Part shown: positions 28,474 through 38,214 of the stretch, piece after piece
How the letters are laid out: each line of letters starts with the position of its first letter
How positions within the stretch are numbered: the stretch's first letter is position 1
Assembly: GCA_934154785.1 (NCBI GenBank)
Contig: CAKPGL010000001.1
Coordinates: 366,477-430,476, forward strand
Reading direction: 5' to 3'
Source of the DNA: an uncultured Bacilli bacterium
GTDB lineage: Bacteria > Bacillota_I > Bacilli_A > RF39 > UBA660
DNA length: 64,000 nt
Made by a program: the position numbers and the translations under genes
The notes under the pieces: model-generated
Database searches by the model: none
The model's input: the letters and a program-made list of their open reading frames with translations, nothing else
Told to the model about the DNA's origin: nothing

Positions 28474-29357
28474 TACAGTGGCAATTCTTGTTTAGTGTTA
28501 ACATCATTTTCAATATATTTTAGATTACTAAATGATTTATTATTTCTTAGTAATTCCATTTGTTTTCTAGCAATGTTATTTAATCTAACGAGCCTTTCAT
28601 TTTGTGGTATTTTCATTTCAATCAACTCTGCATTAATGTTTTCCAAATTATTTAATATTACTAAATGAAGTAGATCAGTATAGTCTCTGATGTTACTATT
28701 TTTGGACAATTCTGAATTATCTTTTCTCCATTCTTTAGCAGTAATACCAAATAAAGCAACATTTAAGACGTCTGCTTCTTCTGCATATATAAATTTTTTT
28801 TGTTCCTCTGTTAAAGTAGGAACAATTATATTTTTTATAGCATCAGTGTGAACTATGTAATTAACCTTTGATAAAATTCTATTGGCGTGCCAATCAATTT
28901 TATTTTGATATGCTTCATTTCTCTTTAACCTTTGAAATTCTTGAATAACATATAACTTAAATTCTGGGCTTAACCAACTAGCAAATTCAAATGCAATATC
29001 ACTTCTAGCATATGTTCCGCCGTTATTACCTGATTTAGAAATTATTCCAATAGCGTTTGTTTCCTTAATCCACTTTTGTGGCGAAATTTTAAATTTATTA
29101 CTGCCAGCTTCGTTTTGAAACGCGTCGAATTCGACACGTTTGAAATTTTCATTGTTAATACTTTCCCACAAGCCTAAATAGGAAATAACATCTTTATTTC
29201 TCATCCAATTTTGTATTGGATATCTAGGGTCGTCTTCATCAGCATATTTTGCCAAATCAGTAAGTGATATATATTCATTATTATTAATTCTTAAAACACC
29301 AATCTTTTGTTCTTTTACTTTAATTTCAGTTTTTATACTTTCTTTATTCATAGTCAC
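28473..29357 (-). CDS. KilA-N domain-containing protein (phage/mobile-element associated)
   Basis: N-terminal YISLTDLAKYADEDDPRYPIQNWMRNKDVISYLGLWE is typical of KilA-N/APSES-type DNA-binding domains. AAGGA RBS. Confidence 0.6.
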   Translation of the reverse strand: MTMNKESIKTEIKVKEQKIGVLRINNNEYISLTDLAKYADEDDPRYPIQNWMRNKDVISYLGLWESINNENFKRVEFDAFQNEAGSNKFKISPQKWIKETNAIGIISKSGNNGGTYARSDIAFEFASWLSPEFKLYVIQEFQRLKRNEAYQNKIDWHANRILSKVNYIVHTDAIKNIIVPTLTEEQKKFIYAEEADVLNVALFGITAKEWRKDNSELSKNSNIRDYTDLLHLVILNNLENINAELIEMKIPQNERLVRLNNIARKQMELLRNNKSFSNLKYIENDVNTKQELPL

Positions 29358-29411
29358 GTCCTTTCTTGTTTCTTAAGTTGAATAAGTTTTAAATTTTTTA
29401 ATTTTCAATTA

Positions 29412-29437
29412 ATTGTCAAAGTGTCTGTTCCAATTTT
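29412..29437. repeat. direct repeat copy 2 (attgtcaaagtgtctgttccaatttt), overlapping the last 7 codons and stop of the radical-SAM gene
   Basis: On the minus strand it encodes ...RKLEQTL*, the native C-terminus of the 29416..30357 gene. Confidence 0.7.
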
Positions 29438-30357
29438 CTACCTTGATAAGAATCTCTTCTTTTTAGTTCTTTATCTATATCATTTAATACACAAAACTTT
29501 TTTACTAACCAATTTGGTTCGATTAAATCTTCTTTTTTAGGGTCACCAGTAATTCTATTAATAACTATTTCTGGTCTTAGATATTCTAGTTCATCACAAA
29601 CAATATCAACATATTCTTCTTTAGTAAGGACATGAAATTTTTCTTTTTCATAAAACTTTTCTAAAGCAGTATTTTTTAAAATACTTAACATATGTATTTT
29701 TATACCTTGAATATCTAATTGATTTATGTGTTTAATAGTTTCAATCATCATTTCTTTTGTTTCAAAAGGTAAGCCATTAATAATATGAACTACAACATTA
29801 ATATTTCTTTTTCTAAGTTCTGTTACCATATTATCAAAACACTCTAAGGAATGACATCTATTTATTAGTTTTGTTGTAGTAGGGTGTATTGTTTGTAGGC
29901 CGAGTTCAATAGTTAAATAAGTTTTTTTATTTAATTCTTCTAAGTATTCTAAGCATTCTTCATTAATAGCATCAGCACGAGTAGCGATATTTAAGCCAAC
30001 TACATTATCTAGTTTTAATATGGTTTCATATTTTTCCTTTAATACAGATACTGGTGCGTAAGTATTAGTATTAGCTTGAAAATAACCTATGTATAAACTA
30101 TTCGGCCATTTCTTAGAAATCATATCTTTTACTTCATTAAATTGTGTTATTAAGTCTTTTTCTTTATCTCCGGCGAATTCTCCACTACCTAGTTTGGAGC
30201 AATATATACAACCGCCATAGCCTACAGTTCCGTCAATATTAGGACAGGAAAATCCAGCATTAAGACTAACTTTAAATACTTTACTATTAAATTTATGTTT
30301 ATAAAAATAATCTAAAGTATGATATCTTTTATTAGAATCACTATATTTAAATGTCAT
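29416..30357 (-). CDS. TIGR01212-family radical SAM protein
   Basis: CPNIDGTVGYGGCIYC cluster near the N-terminus and overall similarity to the YhcC/TIGR01212 family. Confidence 0.7.
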   Translation of the reverse strand: MTFKYSDSNKRYHTLDYFYKHKFNSKVFKVSLNAGFSCPNIDGTVGYGGCIYCSKLGSGEFAGDKEKDLITQFNEVKDMISKKWPNSLYIGYFQANTNTYAPVSVLKEKYETILKLDNVVGLNIATRADAINEECLEYLEELNKKTYLTIELGLQTIHPTTTKLINRCHSLECFDNMVTELRKRNINVVVHIINGLPFETKEMMIETIKHINQLDIQGIKIHMLSILKNTALEKFYEKEKFHVLTKEEYVDIVCDELEYLRPEIVINRITGDPKKEDLIEPNWLVKKFCVLNDIDKELKRRDSYQGRKLEQTL

Positions 30358-30482
30358 ATAACCACTTCCTACCCAAGATTATAACAAATTCTTAGTAAAA
30401 ATAGTGAAAAAATGGTGAAAAATCATAAAAAACCTTTAATTTTATTAAAAACAAGTGTTATAATGATAATGGAGGTTATATA

Positions 30483-31922
30483 ATGAAAAAAGATAAGAGT
30501 AAGAGAAGTAGTAAGTATAGTTTACTAAAAGCTATAGGTATTGCATTTTTGATTTTTGCAGTTCTTTCTTGGATAATTCCAGCAGGAACTATTAGTAATG
30601 GTACCTATACAAAAAATACTGATGGTACAATACCAGTTGGTTTATTTGGACTATTTAGTAATCCACTATATAGTTTTGGCATATTTGCTCAATATTTTCT
30701 ATTGTTACTAAGTATCGGTGGATTATATGGTGTATTAAATAAAACTGGTGTATATACTAAAATAGTTGATAACTTTGGAAGTTGTGTTGAAAAACATAAA
30801 AAATTATGGTTAATAGTTATTACATTTTTGTTAGCATTAATTTCTTCTATAGTTGGTAATCAAATAGTATTATTTATTTTAGTACCATTCTTTGTAGCAG
30901 TTCTTATGAAAGGTGGATTTAATAAAGTTACATCTATAGCCGCAACTGCTGGTGCAATTATTATTGGTGTCGCAGGTTCAATTTTTGGTAATGATGTAAT
31001 TTATATTAGTTTCTTTAAGGCAAAAGTATTTACAGGAACAATAACTAAAGTAATATATTTTGTTTTAATAACAACTTTATATGTGTTATTCCTATTACTT
31101 CAAAATAAGATGTTATCAAAGAAAGAAAAAAAATTGGATATTAAAGATTTAGACATCTTTAAATCAGAAGAAATTCCTTTATATGAAAAAAACGAAAGCA
31201 ATAAGAGTGCTATTCCACTAATTATAATGAGTATTATATTATTGTTAATAGTATTTATTGGATGTATTAACTGGACTTATACATTTGATGTAAGTTTCTT
31301 TACAGAACTAGATACAAAAATTAATGATATTTCTTGGTTACCTAAAGTATTTGGTACTTTACCAGTAATGGGATATTTTGGTAATTATGATGTTGCTGCA
31401 GTAATTTTAATATTTACATTTATAATTAAATGGCTTTATAGCATTAAATTTGATGAATTTATTGATGCTTTTAAAGATGGTATGAAACAAATGATAACAC
31501 CTGCAGTATATGCCATTTTAGCATCTACTATATTTGCAGTAATGGTTAACTCTAATACTGGTGCTAATATTAGTACAACTATTTCTAATTCTATTTTAGG
31601 TATTAGTGATAAATTCTATGTATTAACAGTTACATTACTTGGTTTTGTTGGTGGCTTCTTCTTTAATGATTTAGCATACTTAACTAATAGCATATATAGT
31701 TTATTAGCAACTTATGGTTCTGCTAGTGTAACAATAATGGGTATTTTATTACAAACAGGATACGCTATTGCTATGTTATGCTTACCAGTAAGTGTAGTTT
31801 TAATAGCTGCTTTAAAATACTTAAATGTATCTTACAAAGAATGGATGAAATACATTTATAAATTCTTACTTGCTATGTTTGTCCTTGTCATTGTATTTGG
31901 ATTAATAGCATTAGCACTTTAA
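30483..31922 (+). CDS. polytopic transporter-like membrane protein, possibly YfcC family
   Basis: Basic N-terminus then LLKAIGIAFLIFAVLSWIIPAG, resembling YfcC-family starts. About 12 TM helices. Confidence 0.4.
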   Translation: MKKDKSKRSSKYSLLKAIGIAFLIFAVLSWIIPAGTISNGTYTKNTDGTIPVGLFGLFSNPLYSFGIFAQYFLLLLSIGGLYGVLNKTGVYTKIVDNFGSCVEKHKKLWLIVITFLLALISSIVGNQIVLFILVPFFVAVLMKGGFNKVTSIAATAGAIIIGVAGSIFGNDVIYISFFKAKVFTGTITKVIYFVLITTLYVLFLLLQNKMLSKKEKKLDIKDLDIFKSEEIPLYEKNESNKSAIPLIIMSIILLLIVFIGCINWTYTFDVSFFTELDTKINDISWLPKVFGTLPVMGYFGNYDVAAVILIFTFIIKWLYSIKFDEFIDAFKDGMKQMITPAVYAILASTIFAVMVNSNTGANISTTISNSILGISDKFYVLTVTLLGFVGGFFFNDLAYLTNSIYSLLATYGSASVTIMGILLQTGYAIAMLCLPVSVVLIAALKYLNVSYKEWMKYIYKFLLAMFVLVIVFGLIALAL

Positions 31923-31924
31923 AA

Positions 31925-31948
31925 ACAACCTTTTGGTTGTTTTTTTTA
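31925..31948 (+). terminator. rho-independent terminator (acaacc-tttt-ggttgt followed by T8)
   Basis: Hairpin plus T-run. The core is identical to the one at 32768. Confidence 0.6.
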
Positions 31949-31992
31949 TTTTGATATGATACAATTTTACTGTAGAGTAGAGGAGAAATAAG

Positions 31993-32757
31993 ATGGATAG
32001 TCAACTAAAAAATGATATTGTAATTTCTGCAGCATCTAAAGTACATGAGGATTGGTGCTTACAGGAATTAAGTGCGTATTTTAAAAGAGCACAAGAAGAA
32101 CTTAAAAAGACAGATAGACTTGGTGAAGTATTTAGAAATGCTTGCTATAAAGGTGAACAAAAAAGAAATGAAGTAGATTTGGATGTTGCATATTTGGAAG
32201 GTCATGATACTGAAGTTGATACATGTTTAAGTGATTTTTCAATGTTTATGTTTTTATTCAAGATCGGCGCTATAGACGTAAAAAGATTTGTTAATAGAGA
32301 ATTAACAGAAGAAGAAAAGCAAAAAATACCTGCTAGTGAATATGTTGATGGTAAAGAAAATATATTAAGACCATTTGTAAAACTTTCTATGGCTTCTAAA
32401 AAAGAGAATTTAGAGGCTGCAATTGGTGCATTCAATGTATATGAACAAATGAGTAAAGCTGGAATATCTATTGATGATATGCAAAATAATCCAGAAATAA
32501 AGAATATGATAGGTATTGCCATCCATACAGATTGGTTAAAAAGAAATATGGATCATCCTAATGAAAGTTTAAAAGTACCTTATTCTCAATTAGATGAATG
32601 GACTCAACAACAAGATTTAACTGTTTTTGCTGCCTTACTTGATGTTGTAAAAACTAATTTAGAAAAATATGGTATTAAAAAAGAAGATGGTTTTACTTTA
32701 CCAAATTATGAAGAAGAAGAAAAACAATTACTTGGTATTGCTCCTAAAAGCAAATAA
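31993..32757 (+). CDS. hypothetical cytoplasmic protein (254 aa)
   Basis: ORF with an AGAGGAG RBS. Acidic, with no recognised motif. Flanked by identical hairpin repeats. Confidence 0.4.
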   Translation: MDSQLKNDIVISAASKVHEDWCLQELSAYFKRAQEELKKTDRLGEVFRNACYKGEQKRNEVDLDVAYLEGHDTEVDTCLSDFSMFMFLFKIGAIDVKRFVNRELTEEEKQKIPASEYVDGKENILRPFVKLSMASKKENLEAAIGAFNVYEQMSKAGISIDDMQNNPEIKNMIGIAIHTDWLKRNMDHPNESLKVPYSQLDEWTQQQDLTVFAALLDVVKTNLEKYGIKKEDGFTLPNYEEEEKQLLGIAPKSK

Positions 32758-32767
32758 TGATTATTAA

Positions 32768-32790
32768 GACAACCTTTTGGTTGTTTTTTC
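32768..32790 (+). terminator. rho-independent terminator; second copy of the acaaccttttggttgtttttt element
   Basis: Its 21-bp core is identical to the copy at 31925..31948. Confidence 0.55.
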
Positions 32791-32831
32791 TTACTATAAA
32801 TGGTATAATCAAACAGAAAAGAGGAATAACT

Positions 32832-33584
32832 ATGGAATTGTTTTTAACTTTAATAGCGGGATTATTTATAGTTTTAGGAACTATTTTAATACTATTTACA
32901 AATAATAATAAAAGAATAGTTGATCTATCTATTAGTATGGCTTTTGGTGTTATGATAACACTAGGAGTGTTAGAATTACTACCAGAATCTTATAAAACTA
33001 TATCAAGATTTATCAAAGTACCATTTAATGTAGTAGTAATTATTATTGGTATTATAATTGGAATAGAAATTCTAAAAATATTAGATAGATTTGTACCAGA
33101 TCATGGTCATGATCATAAAAAAGATAAAGATCATAAACGTAATTTATATCATGTAGGAATTATTACTTCTGTAGCACTTATTTTACATAACTTTATAGAA
33201 GGTATTACACTATATGGAATGCTTTGTGCTTCATTAAAAATGGGTATTTTAATGTGTATAGGTATAGGGTTACATAATATACCAATTGGTATGATAATAA
33301 CATCAACATTTTATAAGAAAAATAAAAGTAAATTAAAAACTATATTAATAAGTATTGGTATATCTTTATCAACTTTTATTGGTGCCTTAGTAGCGTTATT
33401 ATCTTCATCTTTAGCAAATAATGAGTTTTTAGAAGGTGTACTTCTTGCTGTTACACTAGGTATGATAATTTATATAACATTATTTGAACTTATTAATCAA
33501 TTAAAAGAAATTGAAGATAAAAGAATTCGCTATGGTGGTGTTCTTTTAGGAATTATTTTATTAGTAATTAGTATATTGTTATAG
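32832..33584 (+). CDS. ZIP-family metal (zinc) transporter
   Basis: His-rich loop HGHDHKKDKDHKRN and ZIP signature HNFIEGITLYG/GLHNIPIG. Start taken at MELFL after an AGAGGA RBS. Confidence 0.7.
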   Translation: MELFLTLIAGLFIVLGTILILFTNNNKRIVDLSISMAFGVMITLGVLELLPESYKTISRFIKVPFNVVVIIIGIIIGIEILKILDRFVPDHGHDHKKDKDHKRNLYHVGIITSVALILHNFIEGITLYGMLCASLKMGILMCIGIGLHNIPIGMIITSTFYKKNKSKLKTILISIGISLSTFIGALVALLSSSLANNEFLEGVLLAVTLGMIIYITLFELINQLKEIEDKRIRYGGVLLGIILLVISILL

Positions 33585-33591
33585 GTGACTT

Positions 33592-34047
33592 ATGTTTAAT
33601 AAAGAGAATATAGATATTAGATGTACTCAAATAATAGATATTGTAAATAATTTTTTAAAAGTACTGCCATTAGAAAGTGATGCTATTATTTATTTAGGAA
33701 CTACTGAAGAGGTTTGTACATTAAATCTCAAAACAAACAATTATGAGTTTTCTAAAAAATTAATACTACATAGTAATTTCAAAAGAATTTTATATGATAG
33801 AGTTTTTTGGGATTTGTTTAACAAGTATATTGATGATAATACTGTTAATATTACACCCAAGATGATAGAGGATGATATTAATGGCAACAAATGGCAAATT
33901 GTTATGAATAATACTCAAACAAACGCAACGGTAATTCTAGATTTTGCAATTGAAAATAATAAAGATTTTGTTTGGATAAGTAACGCTATTGATAAGTGGA
34001 ACTATATGGTTAAAGCTAAAGAATTTCAAAAAACTAAATCAAGATAA
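33592..34047 (+). CDS. hypothetical protein (151 aa)
   Basis: ORF with no recognised motif. Confidence 0.35.
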   Translation: MFNKENIDIRCTQIIDIVNNFLKVLPLESDAIIYLGTTEEVCTLNLKTNNYEFSKKLILHSNFKRILYDRVFWDLFNKYIDDNTVNITPKMIEDDINGNKWQIVMNNTQTNATVILDFAIENNKDFVWISNAIDKWNYMVKAKEFQKTKSR

Positions 34048-34146
34048 CGAAAGTTATCTTTTTCTGTATTATGAAGTATAATTTATTGATATTTTTAATT
34101 ATTTAAGATAAAATTAATATATAGTAATTATTATTAGGCGGGTGAT

Positions 34147-35064
34147 TTGGTGAAAAGATGTGTGGTGGTTTATAACCCTATAAGTGGTAAAGAAAAAAAT
34201 AAAGAGTGTATTGAAGATTTTTATACAGCCTTAAAAAAGTATGATTATGATTTAGAACTTATCTATACTAAAAAGAAGGGTGATGCTATAGATATTGTAA
34301 AAAATTTAAATAATCCTGATTTGGTAATTAGTGCGGGAGGAGATGGCACTCTAAATGAAGTAATTAAGGGTAACCTAAGTAGAGAAGAGCGCCTACTTAT
34401 AGGTATATTACCACTCGGTACAACTAATGATGTTGGAAGAATGCTAGGTTATACTAAGGATTATGTTAAAAACTTAGATTTATTATTAAGTGGTAGTAGA
34501 CGTCAATATGATATTGGTCTAATAGATAATAATCCATTTATATATATAGCAGCTTTAGGTAAGTTAACTAGAGTATCTTATACAACACCTAGTATAAAAA
34601 AAAGAAAGTATGGACATTTAGCTTACCTTGTACAGTGCTTAAAAGAAATATTTAAGAAAGTAGAATTATATGATATCAAATATAAAATAAATAATAAGTT
34701 TTATCAAGGAATTTATTCTTACGTATTTATAACTAATACCAATACTGTTGGGGGAAAGAAAAACATTTACAAAGATGTTAAATTAAATGATAAATTACTT
34801 GAAGTGATTTTTGTAAAAGCTAAGACTAGGTTGCAGTTATTAAAAGTATTTTATTATATTTTTAGATCTAAGATTGCAGATAGCCCTTATGTTGAGTTTT
34901 ATAAGACAGGCCATATTGATATAAGTGTTCAAGATAATAAAAGTGTATCTTGGTGTATTGATGGCGAAGAATTAAATATTGATAGTTCTAAAATAAAAAT
35001 TAATATTAATTCTAATAGTAGCATGCTAATACCAAATAAAAATATTGATAAATTATTTAAGTAG
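34147..35064 (+). CDS. diacylglycerol-kinase-family lipid kinase (YegS/DagK-like)
   Basis: VVYNPISGKEK...SAGGDGTLNEV, the DAGK catalytic-domain signature. Starts with TTG/GTG. Confidence 0.75.
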   Translation: MVKRCVVVYNPISGKEKNKECIEDFYTALKKYDYDLELIYTKKKGDAIDIVKNLNNPDLVISAGGDGTLNEVIKGNLSREERLLIGILPLGTTNDVGRMLGYTKDYVKNLDLLLSGSRRQYDIGLIDNNPFIYIAALGKLTRVSYTTPSIKKRKYGHLAYLVQCLKEIFKKVELYDIKYKINNKFYQGIYSYVFITNTNTVGGKKNIYKDVKLNDKLLEVIFVKAKTRLQLLKVFYYIFRSKIADSPYVEFYKTGHIDISVQDNKSVSWCIDGEELNIDSSKIKININSNSSMLIPNKNIDKLFK

Positions 35065-35076
35065 AAAGAGGTTTTT

Positions 35077-35745
35077 ATGATAAACGTAGTAGCAAAATAT
35101 TTTATTCTTTTTATGATTTATTCCTTTATAGGATGGTGTATGGAAGTATTAACTGTTCTTATTCCTAAGAAAAAATTTGTTAATAGAGGATTTTTAATTG
35201 GTCCTTATTGTCCTATATATGGATACGGGTGCTTATTAATTATTATTCTATTAAAAAATAATTTAGATGATCCTTTGGCACTATTTTTAAAAGCAATTGT
35301 AATATGTTCATTGCTTGAATATTTTACTAGTTTCTTTATGGAAAAGTTATTTAATGCCAGATGGTGGGATTATAGTAATAAAAAATTTAATATTAATGGA
35401 AGAATATGTTTAGAAACCATGCTACCATTTGGTATCTTAGCATGTTTAGTAATGTATGTGTTAAATCCATTCTTTGAATCAAAGATTAATTTATTACCAG
35501 ATTTAGCAGTGCTTATTATCGCGGGTATATTATTTGTTATATATTTAGTGGATAATATTGTTTCTTTTAAAATAATATCAGGATTTAGTAAAACAGTTAA
35601 GAAAGTTGCTAAAGACAGTACAGAAGAAATTACTAATAAAGTTAGAAGTGTTTTAAAACAAAAAAATATTTTAACTAAACGTCTTACAGAAGCTTTCCCT
35701 AAGTTTCAGGCTAAATTAAAAGAAATGACAAGAAGAAAAAAATAA
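35077..35745 (+). CDS. membrane protein (hypothetical; the GPYCPIYGYG motif may place it in the DUF1113 'putative ABC-transporter permease' family)
   Basis: Several TM helices and the conserved motif LIGPYCPIYGYGCLLI. Confidence 0.35.
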   Translation: MINVVAKYFILFMIYSFIGWCMEVLTVLIPKKKFVNRGFLIGPYCPIYGYGCLLIIILLKNNLDDPLALFLKAIVICSLLEYFTSFFMEKLFNARWWDYSNKKFNINGRICLETMLPFGILACLVMYVLNPFFESKINLLPDLAVLIIAGILFVIYLVDNIVSFKIISGFSKTVKKVAKDSTEEITNKVRSVLKQKNILTKRLTEAFPKFQAKLKEMTRRKK

Positions 35746-35753
35746 TTTAATTA

Positions 35754-35784
35754 AAACAACCAACAAAATAATGTTGGTTGTTTT
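35754..35784 (+). terminator. rho-independent terminator; third member of the aacaacc/ggttgtt stem family
   Basis: aacaaccaaca-aaataa-tgttggttgtt followed by TTT. Confidence 0.5.
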
Positions 35785-35857
35785 AGTATAAAAGTAAAAA
35801 AAATAATCAAAATATATTTAGTTATATATTTTGGTTGGTACTGCTTAAATGAATTTA

Positions 35858-36058
35858 CTATCTTGATTTATATTCGTTATAGAATATTTTATCAGGTGTT
35901 GTTTTGAATACTGATGCTATTCTTACTGCCATTTCATATGATAGCTTTCTAGAATTATTTTCAATTTGCCAATAATAGGATTTACTTATTTTTAATGTAT
36001 CTGCCATATCTTGACAAGTTAAATTATTAGTAATCCTAATGTTTTTTAAATTACCCAT
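35858..36058 (-). CDS. XRE-family helix-turn-helix transcriptional regulator (66 aa)
   Basis: HTH_XRE pattern (LTCQDMADTLKISKSYYWQIENN). AAGGAG RBS. Confidence 0.7.
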   Translation of the reverse strand: MGNLKNIRITNNLTCQDMADTLKISKSYYWQIENNSRKLSYEMAVRIASVFKTTPDKIFYNEYKSR

Positions 36059-36194
36059 TTAATCACTCCTTACCAATATTATATATTAAGTTTAAATTAA
36101 CTTCAATAGCAAAAATTACTTAAAAGTTAACTTTGTTTAAAATTCTTTATTACTTGCTATAATGATGTTAACAAATAGATTACGGAGGAAGTAT

Positions 36195-36551
36195 ATGATT
36201 ATTGGTGAAAGAATTAAAATGGCAAGAAAGAATAAAGATTTAACACAACAAGAATTAGGTGATATTTTAGGAGTGTCAAAAGTTTCAATTTGTGGTTATG
36301 AAAATGGCACTAGAGTTCCAACAGTGGAGAATTTTGTTCAATTGCTAGATGTTTTGGAGGTAGAACCAGATTATTTGTTAGGAAGAGAAAACATGGTAAT
36401 ATGTGAAGAGAATGAACAATATTGTATCCATATTGCTAAAGAAGATTTAGATATATTAAATGAATTAAAGAAATATAACAGTTTATATAATAAATTAATT
36501 GCGGATTCTAAAAGAACAGTAGAATTAATCGCTAGAAGAATGAAAAAGTAG
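36195..36551 (+). CDS. XRE-family helix-turn-helix transcriptional regulator (118 aa), divergent from the previous gene
   Basis: LTQQELGDILGVSKVSICGYENGTRVP. Start taken at MIIGERIK after a GGAGGA RBS. Confidence 0.7.
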   Translation: MIIGERIKMARKNKDLTQQELGDILGVSKVSICGYENGTRVPTVENFVQLLDVLEVEPDYLLGRENMVICEENEQYCIHIAKEDLDILNELKKYNSLYNKLIADSKRTVELIARRMKK

Positions 36552-36595
36552 TAGTTTAACTGCTTTTTTTTTGATATAATGATTATGGTGATAAT

Positions 36596-37870
36596 ATGAA
36601 TATACTAGAGTTAATAGATAAAAAACGTTTGAAAAAAGAATTGAGTTATCAAGAACTAGAATATATTGTAAATAACTATTTAAATGGAACTATACCAGAT
36701 TATCAGATGAGTTCTTTATTAATGGCTATTACATTAAATGGTATGAGTGATGAGGAAACAATAAACTTAACTGATATTATGATTCGTAGTGGTGATACAA
36801 TCGATTTAAGTGTTGTAGATGGTATTGTAGTAGATAAACATTCTACCGGTGGTATAGGAGATAAAACAACATTAATACTTGCTCCATTAGTTGCGGCAAG
36901 TGGAGTTCGTGTCGCTAAAATGAGTGGTCGTGGTCTAGGGTTTACTGGTGGAACAATTGATAAATTAGAATCTATAGAAGGTTTCAATGTTGAAATGAGT
37001 TTTGACAAATTTATTAATCAAGTTAATGATATTGGTATATCTATAGTTAGTCAAATGGGTAATTTAGTTCCTGCAGATAAAAAAATATATGCTTTACGAG
37101 ATATTACAGGTACGGTTGCATCTATTCCTTTAATTGCGTCTAGTATTATGAGTAAAAAGATTGCTAGTGGTGCAGACAGTATTGTTATTGATGTAAAAGT
37201 AGGAAATGGTGCTTTAGTAAATAATATCGAAGATGCTCGAAAACTTGCTAATATTATGATTAGAATAGGTAAGGAATACAATAAAAAAGTTGTATGTGTT
37301 GTAACGGATATGAATCGTCCACTAGGTCGCGCTATAGGCAATTCGATAGAAGTAATGGAAGCTATTAATACACTTCGTTGTAAAGGACCAGAAGATGTAA
37401 ATGAACTTGTAATTACCTTAGGTAGTTATATGGTTTCTTTAGGATTGCAAATTAGTATAGATGATGCTAAAAAAATAGTAACAGAAAAACTTAAAGATGG
37501 CTCAGCTTTAAAGAAATTTTTTGAATTTGTAAAAGTTCAAGGTGGTAATATAGATACTTTAAATGTTAGTAAGACGGTAATATCTATTAAGAGTAGTAAA
37601 ACAGGTTTTATAAAAAGTATTGATGCTTATAATCTTGGTAATATTGTTAAAGAAATTGGTGGTGGTCGTGAGAAAAAAGGTGACAAGATAGATTATGGTG
37701 TTGGAATATTACTTTCTAAGCAAATTGGAGATTATGTACTAAAAGATGAAGAATTAGCTAAAGTATATATTAACAAAATAGATTTAGATATAAATAGATT
37801 AGTAGATTGTTTTGAGATAGCTAATGAAGTAGGGGAAATACCAAAATTAATTAAAGAAATAATTAAATAA
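36596..37870 (+). CDS. pdp: pyrimidine-nucleoside (thymidine) phosphorylase
   Basis: HSTGGIGDKTTL and SGRGLGFTGGTIDKLESI, the thymidine/pyrimidine-nucleoside phosphorylase signatures. Confidence 0.85.
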   Translation: MNILELIDKKRLKKELSYQELEYIVNNYLNGTIPDYQMSSLLMAITLNGMSDEETINLTDIMIRSGDTIDLSVVDGIVVDKHSTGGIGDKTTLILAPLVAASGVRVAKMSGRGLGFTGGTIDKLESIEGFNVEMSFDKFINQVNDIGISIVSQMGNLVPADKKIYALRDITGTVASIPLIASSIMSKKIASGADSIVIDVKVGNGALVNNIEDARKLANIMIRIGKEYNKKVVCVVTDMNRPLGRAIGNSIEVMEAINTLRCKGPEDVNELVITLGSYMVSLGLQISIDDAKKIVTEKLKDGSALKKFFEFVKVQGGNIDTLNVSKTVISIKSSKTGFIKSIDAYNLGNIVKEIGGGREKKGDKIDYGVGILLSKQIGDYVLKDEELAKVYINKIDLDINRLVDCFEIANEVGEIPKLIKEIIK

Positions 37871-37950
37871 TGTAAATATTTGTCAAATTTTAAACATATT
37901 CTTGAAGAAATGTTAAATATGTTATATTATAGGTATAGAGGGAGGCAAAT

Positions 37951-38145
37951 ATGATATATCCATCTATCGATAAATTACTTGTTAAAGTAGGATCAAAATA
38001 TTTATTAGTTAATTTAATATCAAAAAGAGTAAAAGAAATAGAAACAACTGGTCAATACCAAATGGCTGAAAATGAATATAAATCTACTAAGAATATTGGT
38101 CGTGCATTAGAAGAAGTATCAAAAGATCTAATTCATATTAAATAG
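37951..38145 (+). CDS. rpoZ: DNA-directed RNA polymerase subunit omega
   Basis: YPSIDKLLVKVGSKYLLVNLISKRVKEI closely resembles the B. subtilis RpoZ (YloH) N-terminus. Confidence 0.7.
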   Translation: MIYPSIDKLLVKVGSKYLLVNLISKRVKEIETTGQYQMAENEYKSTKNIGRALEEVSKDLIHIK

Positions 38146-38214
38146 TGAATTAGATTTTTTAGTAAAGTGTTTACAAACAATAGTTTGTGTGTTAAAATGC
38201 AAATGGAGGTAATT

